Source: an uncultured Planctomycetota bacterium (GTDB taxonomy: Bacteria; Planctomycetota; Planctomycetia; Pirellulales; Lacipirellulaceae). From it: a stretch of DNA of 64,000 bases. The notes under the pieces are model-generated. The model did not search any database and was not told the origin of the DNA. It saw only the letters and a program-made list of their open reading frames with translations. Shown here piece by piece: positions 11,482 through 21,939 of this stretch (position 1 is the first letter of the stretch; each line of letters opens with the position of its first letter). The DNA lies in contig CAVRBU010000004.1 of the NCBI GenBank assembly GCA_963719315.1, positions 256,001-320,000 of the forward strand, read 5' to 3'. Position numbers and translations under genes: made by a program.

Positions 11482-13074
11482 GGGTGTTCACCAGAATCTG
11501 TGGGTGAGTCGGAGCAGGAATTGTTGATTTGAGAGTTGGATTTTCGGAGGGATGGCAGGGCAAAAGAATGTTGTCAGTGCGTGGGATGAAGAGAGCCTGG
11601 GGCGTTGCGGCCCCAGGCCCGGCGAGATGATTCTCCCGCCCTGACCTGGTTATCCCTTGTCGGGTTGCGTCCCCGCAGAGCCCGACTCCGTTTCACCAGG
11701 CAAGGACAAGTATACCAAGATCGGAATGGCGGATGAAGCAGTACACGGCTGCGTGCTCACCGGTTATGGATGGTGTTCCCAAACATCATCCAGCCGGAGA
11801 CGCACCCAGCCGTGCAACTGAAGACTATCCTCAATCACGTCGAGCGGCACAAGTCGTTCGTTTACCAAGAAGCGCGATGGGCCGATCCCGAGACCAAGAC
11901 GACGATCGAGATTCCGATCGAACCGCGGGCCAACGGCCGGGCGATCTGCTCGGGCTGCGGCCAAGCGGCCCCCGGCTACGACCGGCTGGCCGAGCGGCGG
12001 TTCGAGTTCGTGCCGCTGTGGCAGATCGCGGTGTACTTCGTGTATGCCATGCGACGGGTCGACTGTCCGAGGTGCGGCGTACGGGTCGAGCAAGTTCCCT
12101 GGTGCGACGGCAAGCACTCGCTTGACCACGACGTACCGCTGGTTCCTGGCGGGCTGGGCCAAGCGGCTCTCCTGGAAGGGAGTGGCCGAGGCGTTCGGCA
12201 CGACCTGGCAGAACGTGTTTCGCTCGGTAAAACACGCGGTTTCGTGGGGCCTGGCCCATCGCGACCTGGCGGGCATCGCGTCGATTGGCGTGGACGAAGT
12301 GCAGTGGCAGCGAGGCCACAAGTACCTGACGCTGGTCTATCAGATCGACGAGGGCACGAAGCGACTGTTGTGGATCGGCAAAGATCGGACGGCCAAGACA
12401 CTGCTGCGGTTCTTTCGGATGCTGGGCAAAGAACGTTCGCGGCCAGCTGAAATTCATTTGCAGCGACATGTGGCGGGCCTACCTGAAAGTGATTGCCAAG
12501 AAGGCGGCCGGGGCGGTTCACGTGCTCGACCGCTTCCACATCATGCAGAAGATGAACCAGGCGATCGACGAGGTCCGCGCCGCCGAAGCGAAACGGCTCG
12601 ACGGCCGACGGCTACGAGCCGGTGCTCAAGCATTCCCGTTGGTGCCTGCTGAAGCGGCCGGAGAACCTGACCGAAAAGCAGACCGTGAAGCTATCCGAAC
12701 TGCTCCAGTACAACTTGCGGTCGGTGCGGGCGTACCTGCTGCGAGAGGACTTTCAGCGGTTCTGGGAGTACGTCAGCCCCGGCTGGGCGGCCCGCTTCCT
12801 CGACCAGTGGTGCACGCGAACGATGCGATCGAAGATCGAGCCGATGAAGAAGGTGGCCCGCACCTTACGCAACCATCGAGAGTTGATTCTCAACTGGTTC
12901 CGGGCAAAGGGGGCTATTTCGGCCGGGACGATCGAGGGTTTGAACAACAAAGTCAAACTGACCACCAGAAAATCCTACGGCTTTCGCACCTACGAAGCCA
13001 TTGAAATCAGCTTATATCACAACCTCGGACGCCTACCCGAGCCAGAATTCACCCACAGATTCTGGTGAGGAGGC
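11482..13074 (+). mobile_element. ISL3-family insertion sequence (~1.59 kb)
   Basis: Identical 20-bp inverted cores TCACCAGAATCTGTGGGTGA (11488-11507) and 13049-13068. Flanking direct repeat CGAAAAGA at 11474-11481 and 13075-13082. End position uncertain by 1 bp. Confidence 0.92.
11812..13068 (+). pseudogene. ISL3 transposase with three +1 frameshifts
   Basis: Zn finger CSGC...CPRC, IGVDEV, CSDMW, LDRFH, EGLNNKVK spread over four ORF pieces. Shifts near 12120, 12445 and 12600. Confidence 0.88.
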
Positions 13075-13099
13075 CGAAAAGAAGCGATGTATTCGCAAG

Positions 13100-13173
<74 letters not shown>

Positions 13174-13487
13174 TCACCCTGGCAGCCGCGGCAAATGGAC
13201 TTTGCTGCAAGCCAACCGTGAATCCAGAACTATACCAAACCACCAAAAGAGCGACAAGCGGGTGGTCATTGTGGGCTCTGGTAAGCATGCTCCGAGTGCC
13301 GTCCGCATACGCCGGTTACGGCACTCGGGGCATAGATATTTCATAGGCGCCCCCGGTTCGTTGCGACCGATTCCGTCGGCGCCGGCGGAATAATCGGCAC
13401 ATCAACGTTGGATCGACAGTCTGGGGCTCTGGCTCCCTTCGATGTGGCGTACATTTGTGTGTCCTGCAATTTGAAAAGAGGCCGGTT

Positions 13488-13652
13488 ATGAGTTTATTTT
13501 TTCAAGACATGTGGTATCGCGCCGCCGACGCGCCGTCGCAGACCTGGGAGTGGTTCAACACCCTGAACCGCGAGGAGTGGCTCGTGACGTTGATTGTTGT
13601 GTGCGCAGTCGGCTTTGTCAGCTTGCTGGGCTTTCAAACGCGGCGCCTGTAA
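13488..13652 (+). CDS. Small single-pass membrane protein (54 aa)
   Basis: AAGAGG RBS before ATG 13488; C-terminal hydrophobic helix WLVTLIVVCAVGFVSLLGF. Confidence 0.65.
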   Translation: MSLFFQDMWYRAADAPSQTWEWFNTLNREEWLVTLIVVCAVGFVSLLGFQTRRL

Positions 13653-13675
13653 CTTCCCATGCGAAAGCGAATTCG

Positions 13676-14680
13676 ATGGAATCACTTATTGCGAACTGTT
13701 CGTGGATGTTGCCGCTCGCGGCTTCGAAATCGCTGGAGATTGGCTTGCCGGTGACGGCCGGGCTCGGAGCGGTCGCGCTCATTGGCTATCTCTTCGGCAA
13801 TCGGACGCGGACAAAGCTCGTGGCCGAAATAGATGGACGACGCCAGCAGGAACTCGATCGGGCAGCGCGCATTGCCTGGCAATTGGAAACGATTGTCAGC
13901 GGCCTGCGGCAGGATCTCGTGACACATCACTCTCAGTTGGCCGCGTTCAAACGCCAACTCCGGCGGGCTCAAGTAGAAGGGCACGACAAGGCGTGGGAGC
14001 GGCTTTGTAACGAAGCGGAAGCGATGCTCGGACCCACCATGCAACTCGCCAACCAAGTGTCCAATGCCTACGATCAGATTCGGCAGCAATCAGATGCGCT
14101 GGAGACGTTCACGCAAGGCCGAACGGATCCGCTGACGGGCGTCGGCAATGGCCGGGCGCTAGAGCAGCAATTGCAAGTTCTCTTGAAAGGAGCATATCGC
14201 GGTAATCCGGTGTTTTCGGTGGCACTGTTAAGTCTGGATCGAGTCGGTTCGACGGTCGAGGGTGGGTCGAAGGCGAACGTTTTGCCGCTACTGCCCAAGC
14301 TCGCAAGCGTCATTCGCTCGTGCATGCGAGAGAGCGATTTCGTGGCCCGTTACGGCGAAGATGAATTTGTCGTCGTCATGGCGCAGACCACACTAGCCGG
14401 CGGAAAGGTCTTCGCCAATCGAGTTCGCAAACGCGCGGCCGATGAAATATCAACCTCCGTGTGCTGCGGGCTGACGGAATTTCAAGCCAACGACGATGCA
14501 CGCAGCCTGCTAGCCCGTGCAGATTCGGCGCTGTACAGCGCAAAGGCGGCCGGACCCAATCGGCTGTTCGTCCACACAGGCGCCCATATTCGCGAAGACC
14601 AGACGGCGGCGACGGTGAAGAAGTGCGATGCCGCGGATGAGGCAAGCGCTGCGTTTGTTAGCGAATTTGCCGGTTACTAG
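13676..14680 (+). CDS. Membrane-anchored degenerate GGDEF-domain protein
   Basis: TM segment, coiled coil, TDPLTGVGNGR, RESDFVARYGEDEF, RADSALYSAK. Confidence 0.85.
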   Translation: MESLIANCSWMLPLAASKSLEIGLPVTAGLGAVALIGYLFGNRTRTKLVAEIDGRRQQELDRAARIAWQLETIVSGLRQDLVTHHSQLAAFKRQLRRAQVEGHDKAWERLCNEAEAMLGPTMQLANQVSNAYDQIRQQSDALETFTQGRTDPLTGVGNGRALEQQLQVLLKGAYRGNPVFSVALLSLDRVGSTVEGGSKANVLPLLPKLASVIRSCMRESDFVARYGEDEFVVVMAQTTLAGGKVFANRVRKRAADEISTSVCCGLTEFQANDDARSLLARADSALYSAKAAGPNRLFVHTGAHIREDQTAATVKKCDAADEASAAFVSEFAGY

Positions 14681-14942
14681 GCCGCCACCAGGCCAAGAGC
14701 TTCGGGGCCGAGCGGCAATCAATTAGGTGCCGTGCTCGGCCAGCTTGTCAATCTCAGCCCGAGCGGGTGGGATTCCGCTCTGGAGGTGCGTCGAAGCCCC
14801 TGAAATAGGCGCTATTTCGGCATTCATTAGCGCGTTGACGGCTCGCGGTCGATTTCCGTACCATCATAGAAGAACTCAGGCGCCCGGCCATTGCCGGAAT
14901 CGGCGTGGTATTGCGACGAGCTTGTCTGGAAAGGAGTGGATC

Positions 14943-15266
14943 ATGCCCCTGTTTGAAGTCGAGACCGAGAACCACATAGTGATCACTTGGGCGGAGGACG
15001 GCGACGCGGCTTCGGCCGTCGTGGGAGATGCCTACCCGCAAGAGCACGTGATGCGACTCACGAAGCGGCCGCGCGATACGTGGGTCATCTCGAAGAGTGC
15101 GCTAGGCATCGCGGGTAAAATGAACCCGTGCTACACGGCGCGCGATTGCCTGTCGAAAGCCGAAGGGGACAAGGTGCATGCGATTCGGCTCTACATGCAC
15201 GAGACCGGCTCCGATTTGGAGCAGTCCCGCAAGGCGATCGAATCGAACATGGTGATGGGATGGTAG
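14943..15266 (+). CDS. Conserved planctomycete protein (DUF6793-like)
   Basis: AAGGAG RBS; MPLFEVET..HIVITWA...KRPRDTWVISK...AIESNMVMGW recognised from memory. Confidence 0.75.
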   Translation: MPLFEVETENHIVITWAEDGDAASAVVGDAYPQEHVMRLTKRPRDTWVISKSALGIAGKMNPCYTARDCLSKAEGDKVHAIRLYMHETGSDLEQSRKAIESNMVMGW

Positions 15267-15326
15267 CGCGATGATGGGCGCTGCTTTAAGTCGCAAGCGG
15301 TGGACGCGCAGCAAACGAGATTACTG

Positions 15327-16406
15327 CTAGTAGGTGCGCGTTCCGATTGCCGGCGCTGTGGTTGTTGGGGGTGTCCACGGTTGACTCACGGAACCGGCTG
15401 GTGACGCGGTCGGCGCGGGACCGATAGTCGCGGCTGGCGGCGCTGGACGACTCGCCACTTCTATGGCTGCGCTAGCGGGGGCGCCAGAATATGTCGAAGT
15501 TCGGCCGGGACGATATTGTCCGGCGCCCGATGCCAGCTTTACAGCGGGAGCTGGAGTCGTGATTGATTTTGTGGTCGGCGGCACCATTGGCGACGGCGAA
15601 GTCGAGGCTTGGGCCGTCCTGTTCGGCAGTGTTGGAAGCGTCGGATTCGAATATCGGTCGGCCGCTACAGCACCCGGATCCATGAGCGGTGTTGTGTTGG
15701 GCATCGCTGTTGCAGCCTGCGCCGAAGTCGGCGTATAGCCGTAGCGATCGACGGGATCACTCGAAAGCGGCTGCGCTCTATTTGGCACGGTGGAGGCCGA
15801 TGAACTTGCGATCAAGGAGTTAATTGCGTAACGATCACCGTCACTGCTACCCGCACTCGGTCCTGTGGCGGCCATAGAGGCAGTCGGCATATAGGCGTTC
15901 GGATCGTATGGTCCAGCCGTCCTATTGGATGGCATGGCCGCTGGCGAGCTCGCGGTCGACGCCAATGGTGCAGCGCTCGGCACCGCCGCAGCAGACCTCG
16001 AGCTAGGTGTTGTGACCAACTTGTCGGCCAAGCCATTGTCGCTCGGGTAGGTCGCCGACGGCGCGTTGGCGAGCGCGGTAGATGACGTAACAGGAATCGG
16101 AACCGATGCCGCTGTGGCCGATTTCGGCGCAGCGGTCGCCCCGGCAAGGGCTCCGGAGAGTGCACCTGCGGCTGCCAGATTGGTCGATGAAGGCGGTACA
16201 GCCGGCGTCAATCCGGCGATTGCCACGGCTTCCGGCTTTGACTGCGCGGATGGCAGCGCGGGCTTTGCCGAGCGGGCAACGGCCGACGAGTCTTCAGGCG
16301 CTTTGTCGTGCTTCCACCATGCGAAACGGGTGGCCGTCGTCTGGCAACCCGTTATGGCGGCCACGACAGCGATCATCGTCAGCGATCGGAGCGTGGTTCG
16401 TATCAT
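15327..16406 (-). CDS. Ala/Pro/Ser/Thr-rich putative lipoprotein
   Basis: Lipobox-like AAITGC after a hydrophobic stretch; low-complexity body with repeated DRY motifs. Confidence 0.65.
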   Translation of the reverse strand: MIRTTLRSLTMIAVVAAITGCQTTATRFAWWKHDKAPEDSSAVARSAKPALPSAQSKPEAVAIAGLTPAVPPSSTNLAAAGALSGALAGATAAPKSATAASVPIPVTSSTALANAPSATYPSDNGLADKLVTTPSSRSAAAVPSAAPLASTASSPAAMPSNRTAGPYDPNAYMPTASMAATGPSAGSSDGDRYAINSLIASSSASTVPNRAQPLSSDPVDRYGYTPTSAQAATAMPNTTPLMDPGAVAADRYSNPTLPTLPNRTAQASTSPSPMVPPTTKSITTPAPAVKLASGAGQYRPGRTSTYSGAPASAAIEVASRPAPPAATIGPAPTASPAGSVSQPWTPPTTTAPAIGTRTY

Positions 16407-16691
16407 GTCTGTGAATGTCCCGTGGACCATCGCCGCAGCTCGTGGCTGGCCGCTATAACGCAGCAAAATGAATTCAAAAGCAGCGGCTGTACGATTATTC
16501 GGCATTGCCGGCCTGTAACGTTTACGGAAACGTGGCGGGGCTTGCTGGCGTTGCGGCGCACTCGCTGGTACCGATTGCGGATACAAACATGTGACGCGCG
16601 AGGACGGAATCGTCGGCAGAGCGGGACGGATTATAGATTGACGCAGCGCGCGGTCAATGGCAGTCGGCCGCTAGCAGAGACCTTCGAGCCT

Positions 16692-16843
16692 GGGTGTTAC
16701 TGCTAACTTGTTAGCAGTGCTTTCTACTGCATCCCCCTGATTCCACAATCGATACTTGAGGCCGTTGCCCTGTTCAATCCGCAAGCAATTTGCCAAAAGG
16801 CGGCACTGCTGCACCCAGAGGTTACCCGAGCCAGCAGTGGCAC
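16692..16843. repeat. REPIN-like pair of inverted REP palindromes
   Basis: GGGTGTTACTGCTAACTTGTTAGCAGTGC (16692-16720) and GCACTGCTG...CAGCAGTGGCAC (16803-16843), intergenic downstream of sodA. Confidence 0.65.
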
Positions 16844-16860
16844 TTATGGACGGCAACTTA

Positions 16861-17473
16861 CTAGCCCTTGGCGGCTTTGTAGCGGTTCGACACAGCGTTC
16901 CAGTCGATCACGTTGTAAAACGCGGCGAGGTAGTCGGGCCGGCGATTTTGGTAGTGCAGGTAGTAGGCGTGTTCCCAGAACGTCCACACCAAGGATCGGC
17001 GTTTTGCCGGCCATGTACGGGTTGTCCTGGTTCGGCGTGCTTTCGACGCTGAGTTTGCCGGACTTATCGACGCACAACCAGGCCCAACCGCTGCCGAAAC
17101 GGGTCGCACCGGCCTTAGTGAACGCCTCCTTGAATTTTTCAAAGCCACCTAGCTCGGCGTCGATCGCTTTCGCCAAATCGCCGCTTGGATGGCCGCCACC
17201 CTTGGGGCTCATGATGGTCCAGAACATCGAATGGTTGGCATGCCCGCCGCCGTTGTTACGGACCGCGGGTCGAATAGCTTCCGGCACCTTCTCAATGTTG
17301 CGGCAGAGATCCTCAATGCTTTGCTCGGGGAGACCCTTGCCTTCGAGCGCCGCATTTAGGTTCGTCACGTAAGCGTTGTGGTGCTTGTCGTGATGGATCT
17401 CCATTGTTTTGGCGTCGATGTGTGGTTCGAGGGCGTTGTTCGGATATGGCAGCGGCGGCAATGTGTAAGCCAT
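16861..17473 (-). CDS. sodA: Mn-type superoxide dismutase, single frameshift near 16980
   Basis: [35 protein letters not shown] is restored by removing one T. Confidence 0.93.
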
Positions 17474-18019
17474 GATTCGATTCTCCTAATAGTTTGTGCC
17501 GGTGAAGTTGTTACCAGCAAGATACCGTTCGGCCGGTCGTTTGACAATTGGCCGAAGAAGTAACTGGAGTCGCGAGACATCTGGCGAGGCGGAGCGTTGA
17601 GCCGGAATTCTTGCCAATTCCGCTAACCAGATTGTCGCACCGCAACGGACATTTACGTTCGCGAGCGGACTACACTGGCTGGCGCAACAGCACGGCGAGA
17701 TGCTGCCGCTGGCGATCGAGGATGTCGAAATGGACTGCGATATCAGCAATCAGCCCCTTGGTCATCGAGCAAGAGTCACTGCGCGGACATTCGGGCGACA
17801 GTGAACCGACATCCAATTGTGAAAAGTCTTAGAATGCAGCGTCGAGGGCATCCGCAGCGGCCGCTTCCACTGCCGGGCGCACGGATGGTAGAATTCTTAT
17901 TACCCGTCACAACGGAAGGCGGGTTCGCGAGCGGCCATTCTTCGGGCTGAATTCGGTCGGTTCGCTGCGCATCGTTCGTGTCAATGCATTGCGTGCGGGC
18001 CTCTTGTGGAGCGACCAGC

Positions 18020-20287
18020 CTACACTTCCGTCGCGATCGTGGCTGCCGTCTTGGTCGCCTTCCCATCACCTTCGCGGGCCATGAGATACGACTTCAAGCT
18101 GCCTAGGAGCCGGCGAGCCCTTTCGACCGTTGCCTCGCGGCGTCGGTCGCGGTCGCGGCGGGGGCTAATCACCACGTCGATCCGCGTTTCCACGTAGACG
18201 CCGGAGGCAAAACCCTGTGTATTGGAACGCTCCGCGTGCTGTTGCGATAGTTTCAGGTTGATCAGGAATGACACCGGTCGATCGGTGGTTCGGCGATTCG
18301 CGTGGGCGTGCCCGTCGCTGACGATCAATTGCAGCTCGTTGTCGTTCGTCTTGACGATCTTGGCGTTCTGATCGGCAATGAACCCACGTAGCTTCTGAAT
18401 GGCCACTTCGATCGGCACGGTTGTGACTAGCGCCGCTTCGACCAGCGCAGAGCCGCGCAGCGACAGAAATGGCCACCAACTGCGCTTCACTTTTTCTTCC
18501 ATCATTCCGTCCCCCAATTGAACAACTTGATTTCGTCCCTGGTCTTTGGCTTGCAGCAGGGCGCGGTCGGAGCGCCGCAGCATTGTTTCCGGCGTATCGC
18601 CGGGCTGCAATTCCGTAACGCCGAAACTAGCCGTGAACGATGCGTTTCCGAGGCAATTGTGTTTGACTTCCGCAAGCGACTTGCGGATCGACTCGGCTTT
18701 GCGGACAGCGGCAGCGTTCGTGCAGTCGGCACAGAGGATGGCAAATTCCTCGCCGCCGTAGCGGGCCACAAGGTCGCCGGAGCGGCAGGTGGCCTTGAGC
18801 AGCGATGCGAACGTGATGATCGCCGCATCGCCAGCCTGGTGGCCGTGCGTATCGTTGATTGACTTGAAGTGGTCGAGGTCGCACATGATCAAGCTGCAAG
18901 GCAAGTTCGATTCCTGATGCGCCGCGACGAAGTTGTTCAGCATGCGGTCGAATTCGGCCCGATTCGCGACCTGCGTCATCGGATCCTTGGAGACCTGCGC
19001 ATGTAGCGCCTGGCATTTTTCCTCGAGCGACGTTTCACTGGATACGTCGTGCAGCAGCACCGTGGCGCCGCGGATCTCGCCGTCGTTCGAGCGAACGGGG
19101 ATGGCGTGCAGATCGACCGCAATGTGATGCCCTTGCCGGCCCATCATGCTCACCCGGCCCAACCACTGGACACCGGTTGAAATCGCGTGAGCCACCGGGC
19201 AATCTTCGTCGGCCACCCGCCGTTCGCGGCTGTTGCGCATATCCAATAGGCCCGGCAGCAGCGTTCGGCCGCACGCGGCCGCGGCACTCACGCCCGTCAG
19301 ACGTTCGACGCCCGTGTTCCACTGCAAAATGGTAGATTGGCTATCGACGAATACAACTCCGTCGTGCATGTTGTCGATGAGCTTGTTCTCGAATAGCGCA
19401 TTGGTGGATTCGGCGAATTGATCGCCGCGTTCCGGGCGCTCGCGCTCAACCATGTTCCACGGCACGGCGTGGCCTTCGCTCGGCAGGCGATGGAGCCAAC
19501 GGCGAGCCAGCTTATCGGTCAGTAGATTCTGGTCCTGTGAGAACAATCTTTGGAACTGCCGTACTAATTCGGGGTCGAACTGGCGGCCAGAGAATTCGAA
19601 CAGCTCGGCCAGCGCACGCTCGCGGGAGCGCGCCGGGCGGTACAATTGGTCGGTGGTCATCGAGTCGAACGCATCGACGATCGACAATATCCGCGATGCC
19701 AGTGGCAGTTTTTCACCGTGGCGATCCTGGTTGCGGCCGTCGGCACAGTACCACGCGCGGCAGTAGTGCACGATTTCCAATAGCGATTGCGGCGCGCCGC
19801 TGCTCGCCAGAACGTCCGTCGTTAGCGCCGCGTGGCGCGACATCAAAGCGGCTTCTTCGGGCGTGAGGCGACCCGGCTTCAGGAGCACCTTATCGGGCAC
19901 GCCGATCTTGCCAACGTCGTGCAGCAATGCGGCAACTTCGAGCAAATCGCGCGTTTCTTCATCGAGCTGAAGGATGGCCGCCCAGGAGCTGCAACCCAGC
20001 GCGACGCGCAACGAGTGCGACGCCGTCTGCGGGTGTTTGGCGCGGAGGGCGGCATGCAACCCGCTGGCCATTCCGAGCCGGGCCTGTACGAGTTTCAACT
20101 CGTGGGCGCTAGCCCGCTTCTCGGCGAGGGATTGTCCGCTCTCCGCCGCGGCCTCGTCCAACGTATTGAGCAGCGCAGAGATATTGCTGACCTGCCGCGC
20201 CGGCGGGGTGATCGATACCGCAGGTGCCGGGGCGTAACCCAACTCGGGCGGGTTGATCAGCGTGTTTGATTCGACGAGTTCGGCCAT
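18020..20287 (-). CDS. Diguanylate cyclase with HD-GYP-like, PAS and GGDEF domains
   Basis: LLHDVGKIG, VDAFDSM; PAS (MHDGVVFVD...WNTGVERLTG); DLDHFKSIND, RSGD, GGEEF. Confidence 0.92.
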   Translation of the reverse strand: MAELVESNTLINPPELGYAPAPAVSITPPARQVSNISALLNTLDEAAAESGQSLAEKRASAHELKLVQARLGMASGLHAALRAKHPQTASHSLRVALGCSSWAAILQLDEETRDLLEVAALLHDVGKIGVPDKVLLKPGRLTPEEAALMSRHAALTTDVLASSGAPQSLLEIVHYCRAWYCADGRNQDRHGEKLPLASRILSIVDAFDSMTTDQLYRPARSRERALAELFEFSGRQFDPELVRQFQRLFSQDQNLLTDKLARRWLHRLPSEGHAVPWNMVERERPERGDQFAESTNALFENKLIDNMHDGVVFVDSQSTILQWNTGVERLTGVSAAAACGRTLLPGLLDMRNSRERRVADEDCPVAHAISTGVQWLGRVSMMGRQGHHIAVDLHAIPVRSNDGEIRGATVLLHDVSSETSLEEKCQALHAQVSKDPMTQVANRAEFDRMLNNFVAAHQESNLPCSLIMCDLDHFKSINDTHGHQAGDAAIITFASLLKATCRSGDLVARYGGEEFAILCADCTNAAAVRKAESIRKSLAEVKHNCLGNASFTASFGVTELQPGDTPETMLRRSDRALLQAKDQGRNQVVQLGDGMMEEKVKRSWWPFLSLRGSALVEAALVTTVPIEVAIQKLRGFIADQNAKIVKTNDNELQLIVSDGHAHANRRTTDRPVSFLINLKLSQQHAERSNTQGFASGVYVETRIDVVISPRRDRDRRREATVERARRLLGSLKSYLMAREGDGKATKTAATIATEV

Positions 20288-20716
20288 CGGACAAAGTGGC
20301 GTAACAATGTTGCAGTTTGCCGAAACTCAGCGCACCGGTTTCGGTTGGCCCCGGCAGCAGCCGCAGGGTTCGCCCAAACACTACTCTTGCAACCGTAGGT
20401 CACTGGACGCCCGCAGGCAAAGAAACCGCTGGCTTTTTCGTGTTTTCGCGCCTCTGAAACCAGTCGTATCAATAAGGTGTCTGAGGCAACGCCCCAGAGG
20501 ATCATGTGTGACTCCAGAGGCGGCGCAACTACCTGCTTCGCGCACGTGCTAGCTCAAGCCCAGTGCCAAACTCATTGCAGCCGCTACAACCCGTCGCTCG
20601 TGTTCAACGAAGCAGTTGCATGCATTGAAATGCCGATAGGGATTATGCACCTCGTGCCGGCTGTACCACTTGGTGCTGTAGTGACGGTACACAGTAATGC
20701 AAGTGGAACTACTGCT

Positions 20717-21865
20717 ATGGCAAACCTCCCAGGCCGCGATCGACGACGCCGAGTGCTCAAGGATGAGGTCCTCTCGGCATCCAACAGCTATGCCAACTTC
20801 CGCGCAGCAGACGGCGACGATGAGCCCAGTAATGCGCCGCGTTACAGCGAAGCGGCGGGTGTCGAGAACCATCCGCAAATTACCGATTTCGTACCCCGAC
20901 GGTATTCCACGATCGCGATCCTGGTCGTGATGGGCGCGGGCTTGACGGCGGCGCTCGCGGCCCTGCATTACTTCGCGATGCCGATCGCGGCAGTCAGCGG
21001 AATGCGAAGCGTCGCAGCCATCGATCTTACTTCGAGCGGTAGCCTCGGCGCTTGGCTCTCCGCGGTGGTGCTACTCCTGGCCAGCGCTACGTGCTTGCTC
21101 ACGTACTCGATCCGCCGGCACCGAATCGACGATTTCCGCGGCCGCTACCGCGTTTGGTTCCTGGCCGCCGTGGCTTGCTTCGTGGCGAGCGCGGATAGCG
21201 TCGCCGGGTTGCATCAAATCGCGGCCGACACGCTGAGCCATTTCACGGGCTGGACCGCGCTCCGCGATGGCGCCGTGTGGTGGATGCTACTTGCCGGCGT
21301 GCCGATTGGTTGGGTCGTGCTGCGGGCGCTGTTCGACGTGCGCGAAAACCGCGTCGCGGCCGCTCTCTTGATCGCGGCGTTGGGCTGCTATACTATGAGC
21401 GCCGTAAGCTACCTCGGCTTCGCGCGGATCGCGGATCCCCAAATGCGGTCGATCGCCGTTGGAGGGACGCTCCTAATGGGCCATTGGCTAATACTAGCCT
21501 CTGCCGTGTCCTACGCGCGGTTTGTCGTGCTCGATGCCCAAGGACTCATCACCGTTCGGCGACGAGCAGTGGCCAAGCGCGCAGCCAAAGAGGGATCTGC
21601 AAAGATCGCGAAAGAATCCGCCCCCCAACCGACGCCCAAGCCGGCTGCCACGATCTTTTCCGCCGCCGGAATTTCGCGACCGACGACGCTGCAGACGGCC
21701 AAGACGGCCGCCGATTCCAGCCGCTGGCTCGATGGTAGTCGGCCCGAAAGTAAGCGATACGAGGACGACGATGAAGACGGCGATTCCTCGGACGGCGACC
21801 GCAAATTAAGCAAGGCGGATCGCAAGCGGCTCCGCAAGCTCAAAGCGCAGGGACGCGCGGCGTAG
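20717..21865 (+). CDS. Multi-pass membrane protein of unknown function
   Basis: About six hydrophobic segments; acidic then basic tail KLSKADRKRLRKLK. Start chosen at ATG 20717. Confidence 0.7.
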   Translation: MANLPGRDRRRRVLKDEVLSASNSYANFRAADGDDEPSNAPRYSEAAGVENHPQITDFVPRRYSTIAILVVMGAGLTAALAALHYFAMPIAAVSGMRSVAAIDLTSSGSLGAWLSAVVLLLASATCLLTYSIRRHRIDDFRGRYRVWFLAAVACFVASADSVAGLHQIAADTLSHFTGWTALRDGAVWWMLLAGVPIGWVVLRALFDVRENRVAAALLIAALGCYTMSAVSYLGFARIADPQMRSIAVGGTLLMGHWLILASAVSYARFVVLDAQGLITVRRRAVAKRAAKEGSAKIAKESAPQPTPKPAATIFSAAGISRPTTLQTAKTAADSSRWLDGSRPESKRYEDDDEDGDSSDGDRKLSKADRKRLRKLKAQGRAA

Positions 21866-21939
21866 GACTGGATGCTGGCAGCGAGATGCGGGATACTAGG
21901 TCGCTCTCAACCCCGTATCCCTCATCCTGAATTTCCCTT

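Noticed and set aside
11812..13068. Programmed frameshifting in the ISL3 transposase
   Set aside because: Three separate shifts without slippery sequences; ISL3 normally uses one ORF.
17486..18010. Short ORFs between sodA and the diguanylate cyclase
   Set aside because: No convincing start, RBS or motif; left as intergenic.
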